Shown piece after piece: positions 10,834-23,530 of a stretch of 64,000 nucleotides of DNA (position 1 is the stretch's first letter; every line of letters starts with the position of its first letter). The notes beneath the pieces are model-generated. The model was not told where the DNA came from. It was given only the letters and a program-made list of their open reading frames with translations, and did no database searches. The translations under genes were made by a program, and so were the position numbers. This stretch comes from Octopus sinensis (lineage: Eukaryota): NCBI RefSeq assembly GCF_006345805.1, contig NC_043003.1, positions 53,382,001-53,446,000 of the forward strand. Direction: 5' to 3'.

Positions 10834-10888
<55 letters not shown>

Positions 10889-10926
10889 AGATTATATGAA
10901 TAGATATATATATGTGTTTATATGTG

Positions 10927-10958
<32 letters not shown>

Positions 10959-11054
10959 ATATGTATGTATGTATATATATATGTATATATATATATATAC
11001 ATATATATATATGTATGTATGTATATATATATGTATATATATATATATGAATAG

Positions 11055-11087
<33 letters not shown>

Positions 11088-11245
11088 ATATATACATGTA
11101 TATATATATATATATGAATAGATATCTATATGTATGTATATACATATATATATGTGTGTGTATGTGTGTGTGTGTGTGTGTGTGTATAGATATATATGAA
11201 TATATATATATATATATATATAATGTGTGTATGCATATATAAATT
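10462..11245. repeat. Long degenerate (TA)n/(TG)n microsatellite
   Basis: Direct inspection. Confidence 0.95.
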
Positions 11246-12264
11246 CGTACATGCATACATACATAGCCGAAAGCTTTTCTGCTTGCATTGTATTGTTTTA
11301 GTAGTATGTATGTATAATTATTCCTCTAGCAACTTGTAAAGCCGTAAGGCGTTTTCTATTGTATATGTACCATTCCTTGTCTGTTACATCTTGCCATTAT
11401 TTCTTATTGTATATGCAATGTTATTTTATTTTGTCCTCGTACACATTCGTCAACTTTTCCCGTAGCTCTATGCTCTGGCGCCCCCCTTGCTAACAGTGGT
11501 CTTGGTTTTAAATAGCGTGAAACCCACTAAGACGTCACGGAAACCAACTGATAAGAAAATCAGCTGCGAATTTTCCTATTATCGTGTTTTTGTCTCCCTT
11601 TTCTGTCCGTTATGCTTTCGTCCAGTTTTCGTCTATTTTCCCTTCTCTGTTTAACTTTTGAAATGTGTGTGTGTGTGTGTGTGTAAAGCATTTCACAATG
11701 AAATCATAAAGCAATCGGTTGAGTATCTCTACATAGTATTCTTTGAAGAATCATGAGTCAGACAATATAGTGAGTTTGTATGACAAGGAAAGTTGTCACA
11801 AATCTTTAAGATTGATTTTACAGTTTGGCAAATGTGTGAGTGTGTCGTCCAAAATGCCTACAGTATCTAACTCTGTATTGTTCTGTTCTGAGTTCAAATT
11901 CCACTGAAGCAGCTTTGGTTTCTCGTTCATTTAGTGATGGAGAAAATATGCTGTCAGTCACGTTCTGAGGTCGATTAACATAAAGCATTTTAGATAATCA
12001 ATGGGAAAAGAAAGAGAAAAATGAATAAGACAATGTTTGTCTTGATCTAGGGAGACGATGTATTCTGAAAGTTGAGTTTACACAAAATATTATTTTTTTA
12101 ATATTTTCCTCTGAGTCACAAATAAATAAAGAATTGAGTGTTAGTTTAATGATAATAATTCAACCAGGAGAATATATATATATATGTCAAAATGTAACCA
12201 CATGTGGATCGTTGGTGATTTTTTACTCCATCTTCTTTTTCTCTTGGACTTTCTTCCGTCTCCT

Positions 12265-12299
12265 GTTTCTGACGAAGATCTTTCCTCGAAATGTAAAAC
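12265..12299 (+). ncRNA. Degenerate minimal hammerhead (canonical CUGACGA core)
   Basis: GUUU-CUGACGA-A-GA(ucuuucc)UC-GAAA-UG-UA-AAAC; stem II weak, stem III AUGU (probable CpG decay of ACGU). Confidence 0.45.
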
Positions 12300-12430
12300 T
12301 TCCTTTCTTTCCTTCCCTGAGCGTCTGCTAATACTTTGCATGTACCAAGTCCTCGCGTTGTTGTTTTTTTGTGTGTGTTTGTTCTTCGTTTTTTAGTTTT
12401 TTTGTGAGGGGATTTACTATATATATGTGT

Positions 12431-12471
<41 letters not shown>

Positions 12472-12640
12472 TTATATATATATATTCTCATCCATGATGG
12501 AGACGAGTACCAACGTCCCATGTGGCAGCCTTAATGATTGCTGAGAATTCTCGGCATGAAACAAATAGTAGCCTTGTTAACCAACAAATAAAGAATATTT
12601 ATCCACCAATACGGTGTTGAGCACTCATATAATATATATA

Positions 12641-13022
12641 TCCTTAAATCCTTAAAAATGTTTCAGCCTGAAAGATGCAGCCATGCTGGGGCACCACCGT
12701 TCAATGAGCTACACTAGTATGTGAAACCACCTCTGATACGTGGGACTTGGTCAACAAGGGAGTTCGACGCCGCTGCCCGCATCAGTGTTTCCTACCGAGG
12801 GGTAGATTCATCTGGAACCCCTGACAAGAAGAGATCCAGTTTAGTTTTAAAGAAACCCACATCCACACCATGCAGGTTTCTCAGGCACTTAGGAAGGATA
12901 TTGAAGAGCTGTGGTGCCCTGAAACCCAAGCTGTTGCAGCATCTGGTCCTGTATTTTGATGGTGATGTTAGGATCTTTGGCACCATGCAATGGCGCCCCG
13001 TTCTACTGTTGGGGTAACTTTC
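12641..13022 (-). mobile_element. 3' end of a CR1/L2-group LINE (ORF2 C-terminus plus 3' tail)
   Basis: RTGRHCMVPKI...APQLFNILPKCLRNL...FKTKLDLFLSGVPDE, in-frame stop, then ETLMRAAASNSLVDQVP; ends in a (ttaagga) repeat. Confidence 0.8.
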
Positions 13023-13900
13023 AATATATATATATATATTCACTGGAGCACATTTCAGTCCATTTCAAAATCACTTTGGTGAAGTCAAAAAAGGATGATG
13101 GACCATACCCATGAAGAAATCTCAGGTGGTGATTGTCTGATTGTATTAATGCATATTACCTTATTTTCTGTAATGAAATGCTACTGATGATCTAAAGCCT
13201 CTTTTGCATTATAGTTTCCACATATCCAGTTGTTAATTGTCTTTGTTAACGGATAATTTCTAAACAATTTAGGCTTTACATGACATTTCATGTGTAACTT
13301 CAATCTGCTCCATACTGACTCATCTACTGTATTTGATAGCACATAAGACGCACTTTCTTTGTTTTTACTTTGTCTCTAAAAATATCACCGTGGATCCTAC
13401 ATGCGAATTTGGGCCTACATTACATGGTATAATGCACTAAAAACATGTTTCCTGAATACGCGCTACTGAAATCGGGGCACGTCTAATACACCTGTGTATC
13501 TTTTATGCCACCGAATACTGTAAAATATTAAGAAATAGTTATTAAGTGATGACACAGAAATTTAGTCAAGTATACTGTGTCGAATATTTGGGAAATACAT
13601 AATTGTCACTAAGAGCCACAAATCAAAGAACTTTTTGATGAAATTCGATTGCACTTCTGAGACAAAATAATTGTTGATCGTAGGTCGGGGCACAAAAAGT
13701 GAACGAATATATTGTGCAGGTCGTGGTTATGCTGAAGGACATCGATTTTGTATGTTTTGGATGTTGTAGTGTCAGAAACTGCAAAAGAAACGAAGATACT
13801 TTTAGAGTATATTTTAAATTTGAAGAAGAGCATAGCAGAAGGTGGGATTAGTTGAAACACATATCATAAAAATACTTTTCGAACTATGGTTCTATTAATA

Positions 13901-14382
13901 GTTATCGGCAAGCTAACATGGCAGTTCAGAAAAATAGGACGAATGTGCCGTTGATTAGCTTCAAGAGGCCGCCTCTAGCTAGCTATGTGACACACGAACC
14001 TGTGTTCATTATCGCTACTGACCGTCTGTTCGAAGGATTATTTACCTAAAAGTCAGTGGAATACATCCACTGGTTTTCGAACAGACGGTCAGTAGCGACA
14101 CCTGCCTGGTTCGGCTACTCTACATTGATAAGGGGCAAATACCCTAAAACTAGTCTGTAGATGCTAGACCAGCAAGGGGAAGCGGCGAACCTCCCCTGTC
14201 CGAAGGTTATAATGGACAAAGGTTCGTGAGTCTCATAGCTAGAGTCGATGGCCTCTTGGAGCTAATCAACAGCAGCATTCGTCCTATTTTTCTAGACTAC
14301 CATGTTAGTTTGGCTATAACTATTGATATCCAGTACCGCTGCCGTAGTCTCCTTTAGAGAGACTTAGAAATATTCATATTTC
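13901..14382. mobile_element. Head-to-head inverted insertion of the U3-A8 HHR family with a 28-bp target duplication
   Basis: Left part is reverse complement and right part direct relative to 1491-1915; 13873-13900 equals 14383-14410 with 2 mismatches. Confidence 0.7.
14119..14161 (+). ncRNA. U3-A8 hammerhead copy with G12A change (probably inactive)
   Basis: UCUACA-UUGAUAA-GGGG(caaaua)CCCU-AAAA-CUAG-UC-UGUAGA. Confidence 0.65.
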
Positions 14383-14779
14383 TACTTTTCGAAGTATGGT
14401 TATATTAATAAATCTACTATATTGTCATTGATATAATATATCTGATGTCACATAAGTCGCACTTTTTTCCCTAAAAGTTTCAAATTATCATCCTGGGTCT
14501 TATATGCGAAGTTGGAGTTATATTAATGCTTTAATGCACTAAAAATATGATAAATATGTAGGGCAAAGACAGCAAATAAGCTCAACGGAGGCTCAGAAAG
14601 ATTTCTGAAAACCAGCACTTTTATGACCTAACTGTGAATGTTCCCAAAAACGGGAAAAGTTGGAATATATTCTGGAATATGTTGAAACACACCAGTAACT
14701 ATAGGATATTTCAAAAATTATATTGGCATCATTTCCAGTTTCAATTACAGTTATGTATTTTATCAGGTAACTTCAACTT

Positions 14780-14975
14780 CAGAGGGACCCCACGAGCAAG
14801 ATGATTGGATAACATCCATGGGCTCGGTTAGTCTCGCTTGGGGGTTCATCTGGAACAACTGGAGATTGTTGCTTCTCATAAGACCCGATGGAAGACGTAC
14901 TTGCGGACTCTTCCCCCATGACCCCAACAATCGTCCGGAATAAGTGGGCAAAGAAGATGAAGGGGTGGGATGAAT
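14780..14975 (+). mobile_element. RTE LINE 3' remnant
   Basis: RGTPRAR*LDNIHG...LEIVASHKTRWKTYLRTLPP resembles the RTE C-terminal GRPR..W.D...A.DR..WR motif. Confidence 0.5.
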
Positions 14976-15040
14976 TTCAACTAGGCATGATTGTCTATTT
15001 GGTTTGTCGCTTATAAATAAGGTTTATTGGTTTACATGTA

Positions 15041-15251
15041 CGAGGGGTACATGTAAAAGTTCATGGCTTTGGGTAAAAGAAAATACAGAAGGATCAGTTA
15101 ATTATGATTCTATTCAACATTCTCAGATTCACACGCCTATTACAGTGGTCCTTCAGTTTTTCTAAGCCCTGTAAAAGAACTCGGAAGGTTGGTCCTCCAA
15201 CCAGGCCTTTCGAAATACCCTTAAAGTCAGGGACTTTTCAGCACACCCTCG
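15041..15251. mobile_element. Mariner-type MITE (211 bp)
   Basis: TIRs cgaggggtacatgtaaaagt / acttttcagcacaccctcg, TA flanks. Confidence 0.7.
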
Positions 15252-16240
15252 TAGTAGCGAGCTGATGGTGGGGCATGGCGGGGGTTGCCTACTCTGGGCG
15301 ATGTTTTTATGGAGGTGACGCTTTTGGCTCTACTCTATAAGCCTGTGCAGAGGGCGAGAGCAGAAAACCCAAGGGCTGTCACGAGCGGCACACATTGTTG
15401 TTACACCACTGTCTACATGTCATTGTATATTGTTTGATTTGCCATCCGATAAATCAATATAAAACACAAGTTTGCGTTGAACACTGTTCGCTTACTGTTG
15501 TACGGAGAAGGCAGATTAAAATAATGTACTCATGCTCTGGTGTGCATATTTCAACATTATGTGACATTGTGGATTTTTTCTCGGAACACGTTTGAACATT
15601 CTGTTGGTTACTTCGTCATTTTCGTTCATTTCATTAACCTGAGCAACATAATAGTGTGCATCTTTCTTTCGTGCAAATTGCACCCATCATTGTCTTCCCC
15701 GCCCCTGCGCATTTAAATGGTTTCTATTATCCTGTTCTCATGTTTCTTAAGAAAATAATGCAACTAATGTTTGCCTGCACTTTCATTCTCTACCCAAGAC
15801 TGTTGTATTTTCAAGCAACACGCATATTCAAATGCTAAACTTCTGACCTCTTTTTGAGTTTAAACGCTACTACGCTAGACGATGTACCTGGCATAGCTAG
15901 AATGTGTGCCACCCGAAGCAGCCCTTAAGTTTTACACCCCACCCTTCTAAGTTTATACATGCTTTTACAACAGACCGAAAAGTGCATTGCCCAGGTCGTA
16001 CTGACCCTCACCTCACTAACTACGCTATAGCCTGCGATAGTGGAGTTGGTTAAATCAGTTCTAAGCCCTCTCAGGGTATTCCAACAAACCGCATTGCTGT
16101 AATGACCTCAACATACACTACACAGATTGAAGCAAGCAAAATAATTTCCCCTCTAATTCAAATTATTTTCAGTAAACAATCAACACAACAAAGTTAATCC
16201 CTGTCTGCAGTATTTACTATACAAATATTATATTTCTATT

Positions 16241-16582
16241 TCGTTTTTGGATTTGGTTTGCAAGATTCTTTATATGAGTTCGTGTGTTGAAGCATATTCT
16301 GTTGTGTCTGGGGAGAGTCATTTTCTTTTTGTGCCTTATAATTTAACACACTCACCGGTAAAAATTTCCACTTATTTCTTATTTTTATTTTCCTAAAATT
16401 TTTAATTTCCTAAAATTTTCGTTGCATCTCTCAATAGTCTTGAGAGTCAAGAATACTGAAAAGGTTGCAAGACGCAACGAAAATTTTAGGAAAATAAAAA
16501 TAAGAAATAAGTGGAAATTTTACCGGAGAGTGTGTTAAATTATAAGGTACAAAAAGAAAATGACTCTCCCCAGACACAACAG
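16241..16582. mobile_element. Head-to-head inverted insertion with 17-bp TSD (probably PLE-derived)
   Basis: aatattatatttctatt at 16224-16240 and 16583-16599; arms ~16290-16430 and ~16470-16582 are reverse complements. Confidence 0.7.
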
Positions 16583-16958
16583 AATATTATATTTCTATTA
16601 AACAAAACTTTTACTTTAATATGTTAGAAACACGAAAAGCTTTTTTTACACATGAAAAGCTTCAGCATCAATTTGATACGAAATTGGTATCAAATTGATG
16701 AAAAGTATTTTGAGGTTAACAGCACAAGCCTCACCAGGATTTTTAATTTCTGCTAAAAATAAGAAGTGTTTTAACTTATGGGTGTAGGGTTATGGGTGTA
16801 GGTGTTGTATCATAAAAATAGTTCACCCATCCCAGCCCATGTTAAACTATATGCTCTCATATGGTTCCCACACAAGGGATTCATGAGCCCAAAGGCCTTC
16901 TAAGCCCCAGGGTTGCAGCACCCGTAACATCTACCTTAAGAAAGCACTACGTGCGGCC

Positions 16959-16960
16959 AT

Positions 16961-17004
<44 letters not shown>

Positions 17005-17032
17005 GTGTGAGAGAGAAAGAGAAAGAGAGAGA

Positions 17033-17069
<37 letters not shown>

Positions 17070-17740
17070 CTTATGCTTACATGCGTATGGTTAAGCGCGC
17101 GTGTGCGTGTATGGGTTTATGCATACATGCATACAGTTTAGGGCGTGTGTGTCTGTTTTGTGTGCGCGAACATATGGGCGTGTGTTTAAGTGTATATCAG
17201 TGTGTATGTGTGTGTTGTGTGTGTGTGTATGTGTGTGTGTGTGTGTATGTGTGTGTGTGTGTGCTTATGCATATATGCATATAGTTCAGCGCGCGCGTGC
17301 ATGCATGTGTTTACGATTGTATGCATACAGTTAAACGCGCGTGTACATCTGTTATGTGTGTTACATCTGTTATGTGTGTACATCTGTTATGTGTGGGCCT
17401 GTGCTAAAGAGTATACCTGTGTGTGTTTGTGTGTGTATGCATGCATATATATATGTGTGGCGTTTAAACGTGAGTGTTGTGCATCAGTGCATGCCTTTAC
17501 GCATGTATGCAATAATGTGCATTTGCATGCATACGTGCATGTGTTTAAGTGTGCGTGCACACAAGGACATATAGTTAAACGTGCATGTGCACGTGCATTA
17601 GTCCATTTGTGCATATGCGAGTGTGCATGCATAGTTTGCACGTGTCAGCGTGCAACCTGGTGCATGCATGTAAATTCTGCCTGCCTGCACAAGTTGCGCG
17701 TCAATGCATTCGCGTGTACGTGTATGCATAAAACAATTTA
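16959..17740. repeat. (TG)n and cryptic TG/CA-rich simple sequence
   Basis: Direct inspection. Confidence 0.85.
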
Positions 17741-17743
17741 ATC

Positions 17744-17909
17744 AGGAGTGGCTGTGTGGTAAGTAGCTTGCTTACCAACCACATGGTTCCGGGTTCAGTT
17801 CCACTGCGTGACATCTTGGGCAAGTGTCTTCTACTATAGCCTCGGGCCGACCAAAGCCTTGTGAGTGGATTTGATAGACGGAAACTGAAAGAAGCTCGTC
17901 GTATATATG

Positions 17910-17941
<32 letters not shown>

Positions 17942-18155
17942 CATGTTTGTGTGTCTATGTTTGTCCCCCTAGCATTGCTTGACAACCGATGCTGGTGTGT
18001 TTACGTCGCCGTCACTTAGCGGTTCGGCAAAAGAGACCGATAGAATAAGTACTGGGCTTACAAAGAATAAATTCCGGGGTCGATTTGCTCGACTAAAGGC
18101 GGTGCTCCAGCATGGCCGCAGTCAAAGGACTGAAACAAGTAAAAGAGTAAAAGAG
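17744..18155 (+). mobile_element. Full-length family-A SINE (tRNA head, CORE-like segment, internal microsatellite, LINE-like tail)
   Basis: aggagtggctgtgtggtaag...(TA)(TG)...ccagcatggccgcagtcaaaggactgaaacaagtaaaagag. Confidence 0.85.
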
Positions 18156-18368
18156 TATGTGTGTATGAGAGTATGTGTGTGAGTGTTCATAGATGCATGT
18201 ATTTATATGTGAGTGTGTGTTTGAGCTGTGTGTGCGTATGAGCAAACACATATTTCTTCGTGCGTATGTGTATGTGGAATTCTCTCTGTTTCTTAGTTAT
18301 CCAATTCTTCAAATCCCTATTTCATCAAAGATCTTTCATTATTCGCCATGAGCAATGGAGCCGGTTAG

Positions 18369-18578
18369 CTCTTTTACTCTTTTACTTGTTTCAGTCATTT
18401 GACTATGGCCATGCTGAAGCAACGCCTTTAGTCGAGCCAATCGACCCCAGGACTTATTCTTTGTAAGCCTAGTACTTATTCTATCCGTCTCTTTTGCCGG
18501 ACTGCTAAGTTACGGAGACGTAAACACACCAGCATCGGTTGTCAAGCGATGTTGGGGGGACAAACACATACACTCAAA

Positions 18579-18631
<53 letters not shown>

Positions 18632-18633
18632 AC

Positions 18634-18679
<46 letters not shown>

Positions 18680-18833
18680 GACGGGCTTCTTTCAGTTTCC
18701 GTTTACCAAATCCACTCACAAGGCTTTGGTCGGCCCGAGGCTATAGTAGAAGACACTTGCCCAAGGTGCCACACAGTGGGACTGAACCCAGAACCATGTG
18801 GTTCGTAAGCAGGCTACTTACCACACAGCCACT
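18369..18833 (-). mobile_element. Full-length family-A SINE
   Basis: Reverse complement of the 17744-18155 structure. Confidence 0.85.
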
Positions 18834-19579
18834 GTCAATCATTTTTTACCTATGGATCTCCTTTGATTCCAATGTTAGTAGTGTGGACGCTCCTAGCCAT
18901 TCGCTGTTTATAAAATCCTATTATATTTTTACAATTAAATATTATTAGGAATTGTAAAAAAAATTTTCATATTTTGTGTATTGTAGAAATATAATCAATT
19001 TATTGCACATCATTTTTTAACAACAAAATTTTACATGGGCCCTCACTAAGGGCCATGTGGATTCCGGCTGACAACCACTGCTCTAAATCTTCGCTCTAGA
19101 TACTTAGTAGCCAAATACGACATCATTCTCACGAAATAACTTCTAAAATACAAAATTTTGTCAAAAATGTTGAAAGTAAACCATGTTCAGCTTGAGAAAT
19201 TACAACAGTATACGAAGTTTCAAACTGTTTAGTTAAAATAAATAATTAAAAATCTGTGAGCTAATCTTAAAAAGGAGAAAGCGACTTTAGATAAAGTAGT
19301 CCTAGATACTATAAAAAAAAAAAAGCTGGAATGGTCACGGTTGGCATACTAAAATATCATGAGTCTACTCAACTGAGACTAAACAACACTTATCTACTCA
19401 GTTTTTTCTTCTTTTTTCTGTTTATACTAGCTGTTAAGAAGCCCGCTTTGCAGCCATATGTGTTCGAGTTGAGTCCCACTGCCGGGTACCTTACACAAGT
19501 ATCTTCTACTATAACCCCGGGTCAACTAGTGCCTTGTGAGTGAGTTTAGTTGACGGAAACTGTTCGGAAGTCAATTCTG

Positions 19580-19610
<31 letters not shown>

Positions 19611-20287
19611 TCTTTATGTGTGCGTGTGTGTGTGTGTGTGTGTGTTTATGTGTGCGTGTGTGTGTTTCTGTGTATGTGTGTTATTATGCGTTTGCCTCCC
19701 CCCTCTATCCAACACTTGAAAACTGGTGCTGTTTTGTTTACGTTCCCGTAACTTATCGGTTCTGCAAAAGACGCTAATATAAAACAAAGGAGTTAAATGC
19801 CGAAACAAGTGAATGATAGAAAAAATTATATCTGTAGAAGTTTTCTCTTCCAATTCATCACTGTTCCTTCTCGCCCCTGTACTTTTCACTATTTCGACTC
19901 GACTACCCACTCCCTCCTCTCTCTCTCTACCTCTCTCACTCTTTCTCTCTTTCTCTCTTTAAGTATGTGTGTGTTTGACAACCCTTGTCACCCTCTTTAT
20001 ATGAAGCAGTTCCTAGGGTTTGTGTAATGTTCCGCTTGCTCATTCAATGTTTTTGACGAACGTAAATACATTTTTCAATGTGCTTAAATACATTTATTTA
20101 CTTAACGTTTTTAAAATGCAGAAATATCAATTAACTATTGTAGTTTGTGATGAAAAAGTTAATATTTTCAATCAAAGGGACATAACTCTTACACATAGTT
20201 ACTTCCCTTGTAATGTTTAGCAGATGACAAAAATTTACTTCATAAACTAATCTAATAATTTGTATAGCAGAAATATTACATGCATTA

Positions 20288-20375
<88 letters not shown>

Positions 20376-20701
20376 AGCGCAAGAGTGGCTGTGCGGCAAG
20401 TAGCTTGCTTACCAACCACATAGCTCCTTGTGAGTAGATTTGGTAGACGGAAACGGAAAGAAGCCCATCGTGTGTGTGTGCGTGTTTGTGTGCGTGTGTG
20501 TGCGTATGTGTATGTTTGTGTATGCGTGTTTGTCCCCGTCGCTTGCTGGTGTGTTTACGTTCCCGTAAACTAGCCGTTCGGCAAAAGAGACGGATAAAAT
20601 AAGTACTAGGCTTACAAAGAATAAGTCCTGGGGGCGATTTGCTCGACTAAAAGCGATGCTGCAGCATGGTTGCAGTCAAATGACTAAAACAAATAAAAGA
20701 G

Positions 20702-20749
<48 letters not shown>

Positions 20750-20805
20750 TACATATGTACATACATACATGTATATGCGCACACACACTGACCCATATAT
20801 ATATG

Positions 20806-20857
<52 letters not shown>

Positions 20858-21979
20858 CCATAAAAGTCAGGTATGGGAGATGAATATTTAATCAGTTGCC
20901 ATCGCAGTCTTCTTCTTGTAAAAAAATTGTTTCGCATTCTTGGTACTAACGTGCGTCAATTTCTCTCCGCTTTCTTTTAACTAAGTTTATTCTCATACAG
21001 TAAAACATGCTTCTTTGTTTGCGAAAGAAAATAAAGACACTGCTGTATACCTACACAAGTTAGCTCCTATCTCCGCTTTGTTTCCTCATAACTTTCAGAA
21101 AAAAAAACTGAAAGATTGATATTTTTTTCTACAGACATCATTTCAGAAAGTGTACATTGCGATTATATCGGAATTTAATGTGGAAGTAAAAAATGGGGGA
21201 TGCACACACGTACATACTGACACTCATAGCATAATTTCATTTTGTAGATATATATGAGATGTGTATCAGTATGTATGTATGTACACCTACCACTTTTTTT
21301 TTTCTTTCTTTTCTGAAATTAAATTCCGATATAATCGTAACCTACACTATCTGAAAGGAATTTACAGAAAATTTCATAATAAAAACATCCATTTTTCTGA
21401 ATGTTATGTGAAGGTCAACTCCTGTGAATTATCTAAAACTCCTCTCCCCACGCCTTAATTCCGATGTACTCGGACCTGCAGCAACTGAATGGTATTTGCA
21501 GAAAATTTCATTAAAAAATATGAATTTTTTTTTTTAAAGTCATGACGAAATAAAAGTCATGGTAGCATTTGTGTAGGTTTACCAACACAGTAAGCGACTA
21601 GCGGTAAGTGTCTCAACATGCCATGTTAGTTACAATAAGTATTATTCATTCCGGCATCTTCAAAACTATATCATTATTTCGTCTGTATTTTTACATTACG
21701 TCTATGAATATTGAATTTACAACGCCTCTTAAGATTAGAATTACAATACTTTTCTCATTGCGATTAGGAAGACATTCGCCTGAATGAGAATAACTCGTCT
21801 TTCATCGGATAAAAATCCATCTTGTATACAAGAAGTAGGTATTACAAATTATAGTGTCTTTCGTTTCAAGTGGAGATTTATTGCTATCAATTTTTCAATT
21901 TCCTTAACCCAACTTTATTTTACTTAATATTCTCTCCCCGCCTTCTCTCTCTCCCCCACTTTTCTCTCCCATTTTTGCC

Positions 21980-22045
<66 letters not shown>

Positions 22046-23109
22046 TCGATAAACTTACTTTTCACCCAATATGCCTCTTCAATGAAATAGCAAGATTGTA
22101 CACCACCCGGGATAGCTCTTGAGTTTCACGCCCACCCAGTCCCCAAGGCTACACCGAATTACACTGTCCCCATAAACGCGTCTCCCTAGGTAGGCCTCAT
22201 CCTCACCTCTCCTCCCATACTCGGCTACCCTACAGCATTTCCTAAACTTATCTTATCTTTTCTACTCTAGGCACAAAGCCCGAAATCTGAGGGGGGGGGC
22301 AGTCGATTAGACCCCAGTATGCAACTGGTACTTAATTTATCCACCCCCGAAAGGCTAAAAGGCAAAAGTCGACCTCGGCGGAATTTGAACATCTCTTTCA
22401 AAATGATGGACTCACCGTAATTCCAACGAAGGTTCTTTTGTTTTTTCATGTGTTCTACATCTAAAATTGTCAATTCATGCTGCAAATTTGTGAACTTCAT
22501 GAACTTAACACTATTGCAGAATATACATTGCTTTTTTTTACATAGAATATACCATCTGTGGGTGCCAGACATTTTCTCCTGAAAATATATTAATATAATA
22601 TAATATAAAATAATATAATATAATATAATATAGTATAATATAATATAAAGCAAAGAGCATTGAAATTCCTTGCTATTCTTAAAATAATTTTAACTGTTTA
22701 TATACACAAAAACCCATAATTATGAAATGAGATTGCTTGGCTTGTAATTATGAAAACTTAACAAAATCAGTTATTTGTTAATTGACACATCTCATTAAAT
22801 CTTTTGATTTTGTCAATAAAGGTAATAAGGTTGGGGGCTTGTAGTTTCATCTTAGACCGAGCGGTGTGTCGTGTTCTGGTGTAAAACACTTACTTCATCT
22901 CACGTTGCTCTTCGATCATTTCGACACGGTTGACGTGTAGTACACCGTGTATCTGTCCAAGCAACGTCGATTTGATGGATAGAATGAGATCAAATAAAAT
23001 GCATACATGTGATTGCTATAAACAAAATCATTTGAGTAGATTGTTCAGTTAAAAATTGCAGCATCCTCTCTCTCGGACCACGAGAGACAACATCATAATT
23101 ATTATTATT

Positions 23110-23530
23110 AAGGCGGTGAAAAGCGGCGAGCTAGCCGAATCGTTAACGCGCTGGACAAAATGCTTGGCGGTATTTCGCCTGCCGTTACATTCTAAGTTCA
23201 AATACCGCCGAGGTCGACTTTGCCTTTCCTCCTTTCGGGATCGATAAATTAAGTACCAGTTGCGTACTAGGGTCGATCTAATCGACTGGCCCCCTCCCCA
23301 AACATTCCAGGCCTTATGCCTATAGCAGAAAAGTTTATTAAAGCGCTGAGCTAGCAGAGTCGTTAGCACGTCGGACAGATTGCTTAGCGGCATTTCAACC
23401 GGCTTTTGACGTTCTGAGCACAAATCCTGCCGAGATCAACTTTGCCTTTCATCCTTTCGGGTTCGATAAAATAATGTACAAGTTGAGATCGATATAATCG
23501 ACTTACACCCTGCCCTGAAAATACTGTCTT
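23110..23530 (+). mobile_element. Two tandem family-B SINEs
   Basis: Same consensus as the 6058-7252 array. Confidence 0.75.

Noticed and set aside
9240-11288. Many ORFs rich in YI/CV/HT/LSIY (also at 17-20, 29-31, 37, 56 and 59-64 kb)
   Set aside because: They are translations of microsatellites.
13155-13260. Minus-strand AG...GT bounded segment as an exon
   Set aside because: It has stop codons in all three phases.
22062-22079. Possible 18-nt phase-1/1 microexon (EAYWVK) before a GTAAGT donor, minus strand
   Set aside because: The acceptor is weak (AAG, poor pyrimidine tract); it cannot be supported without RNA-seq.
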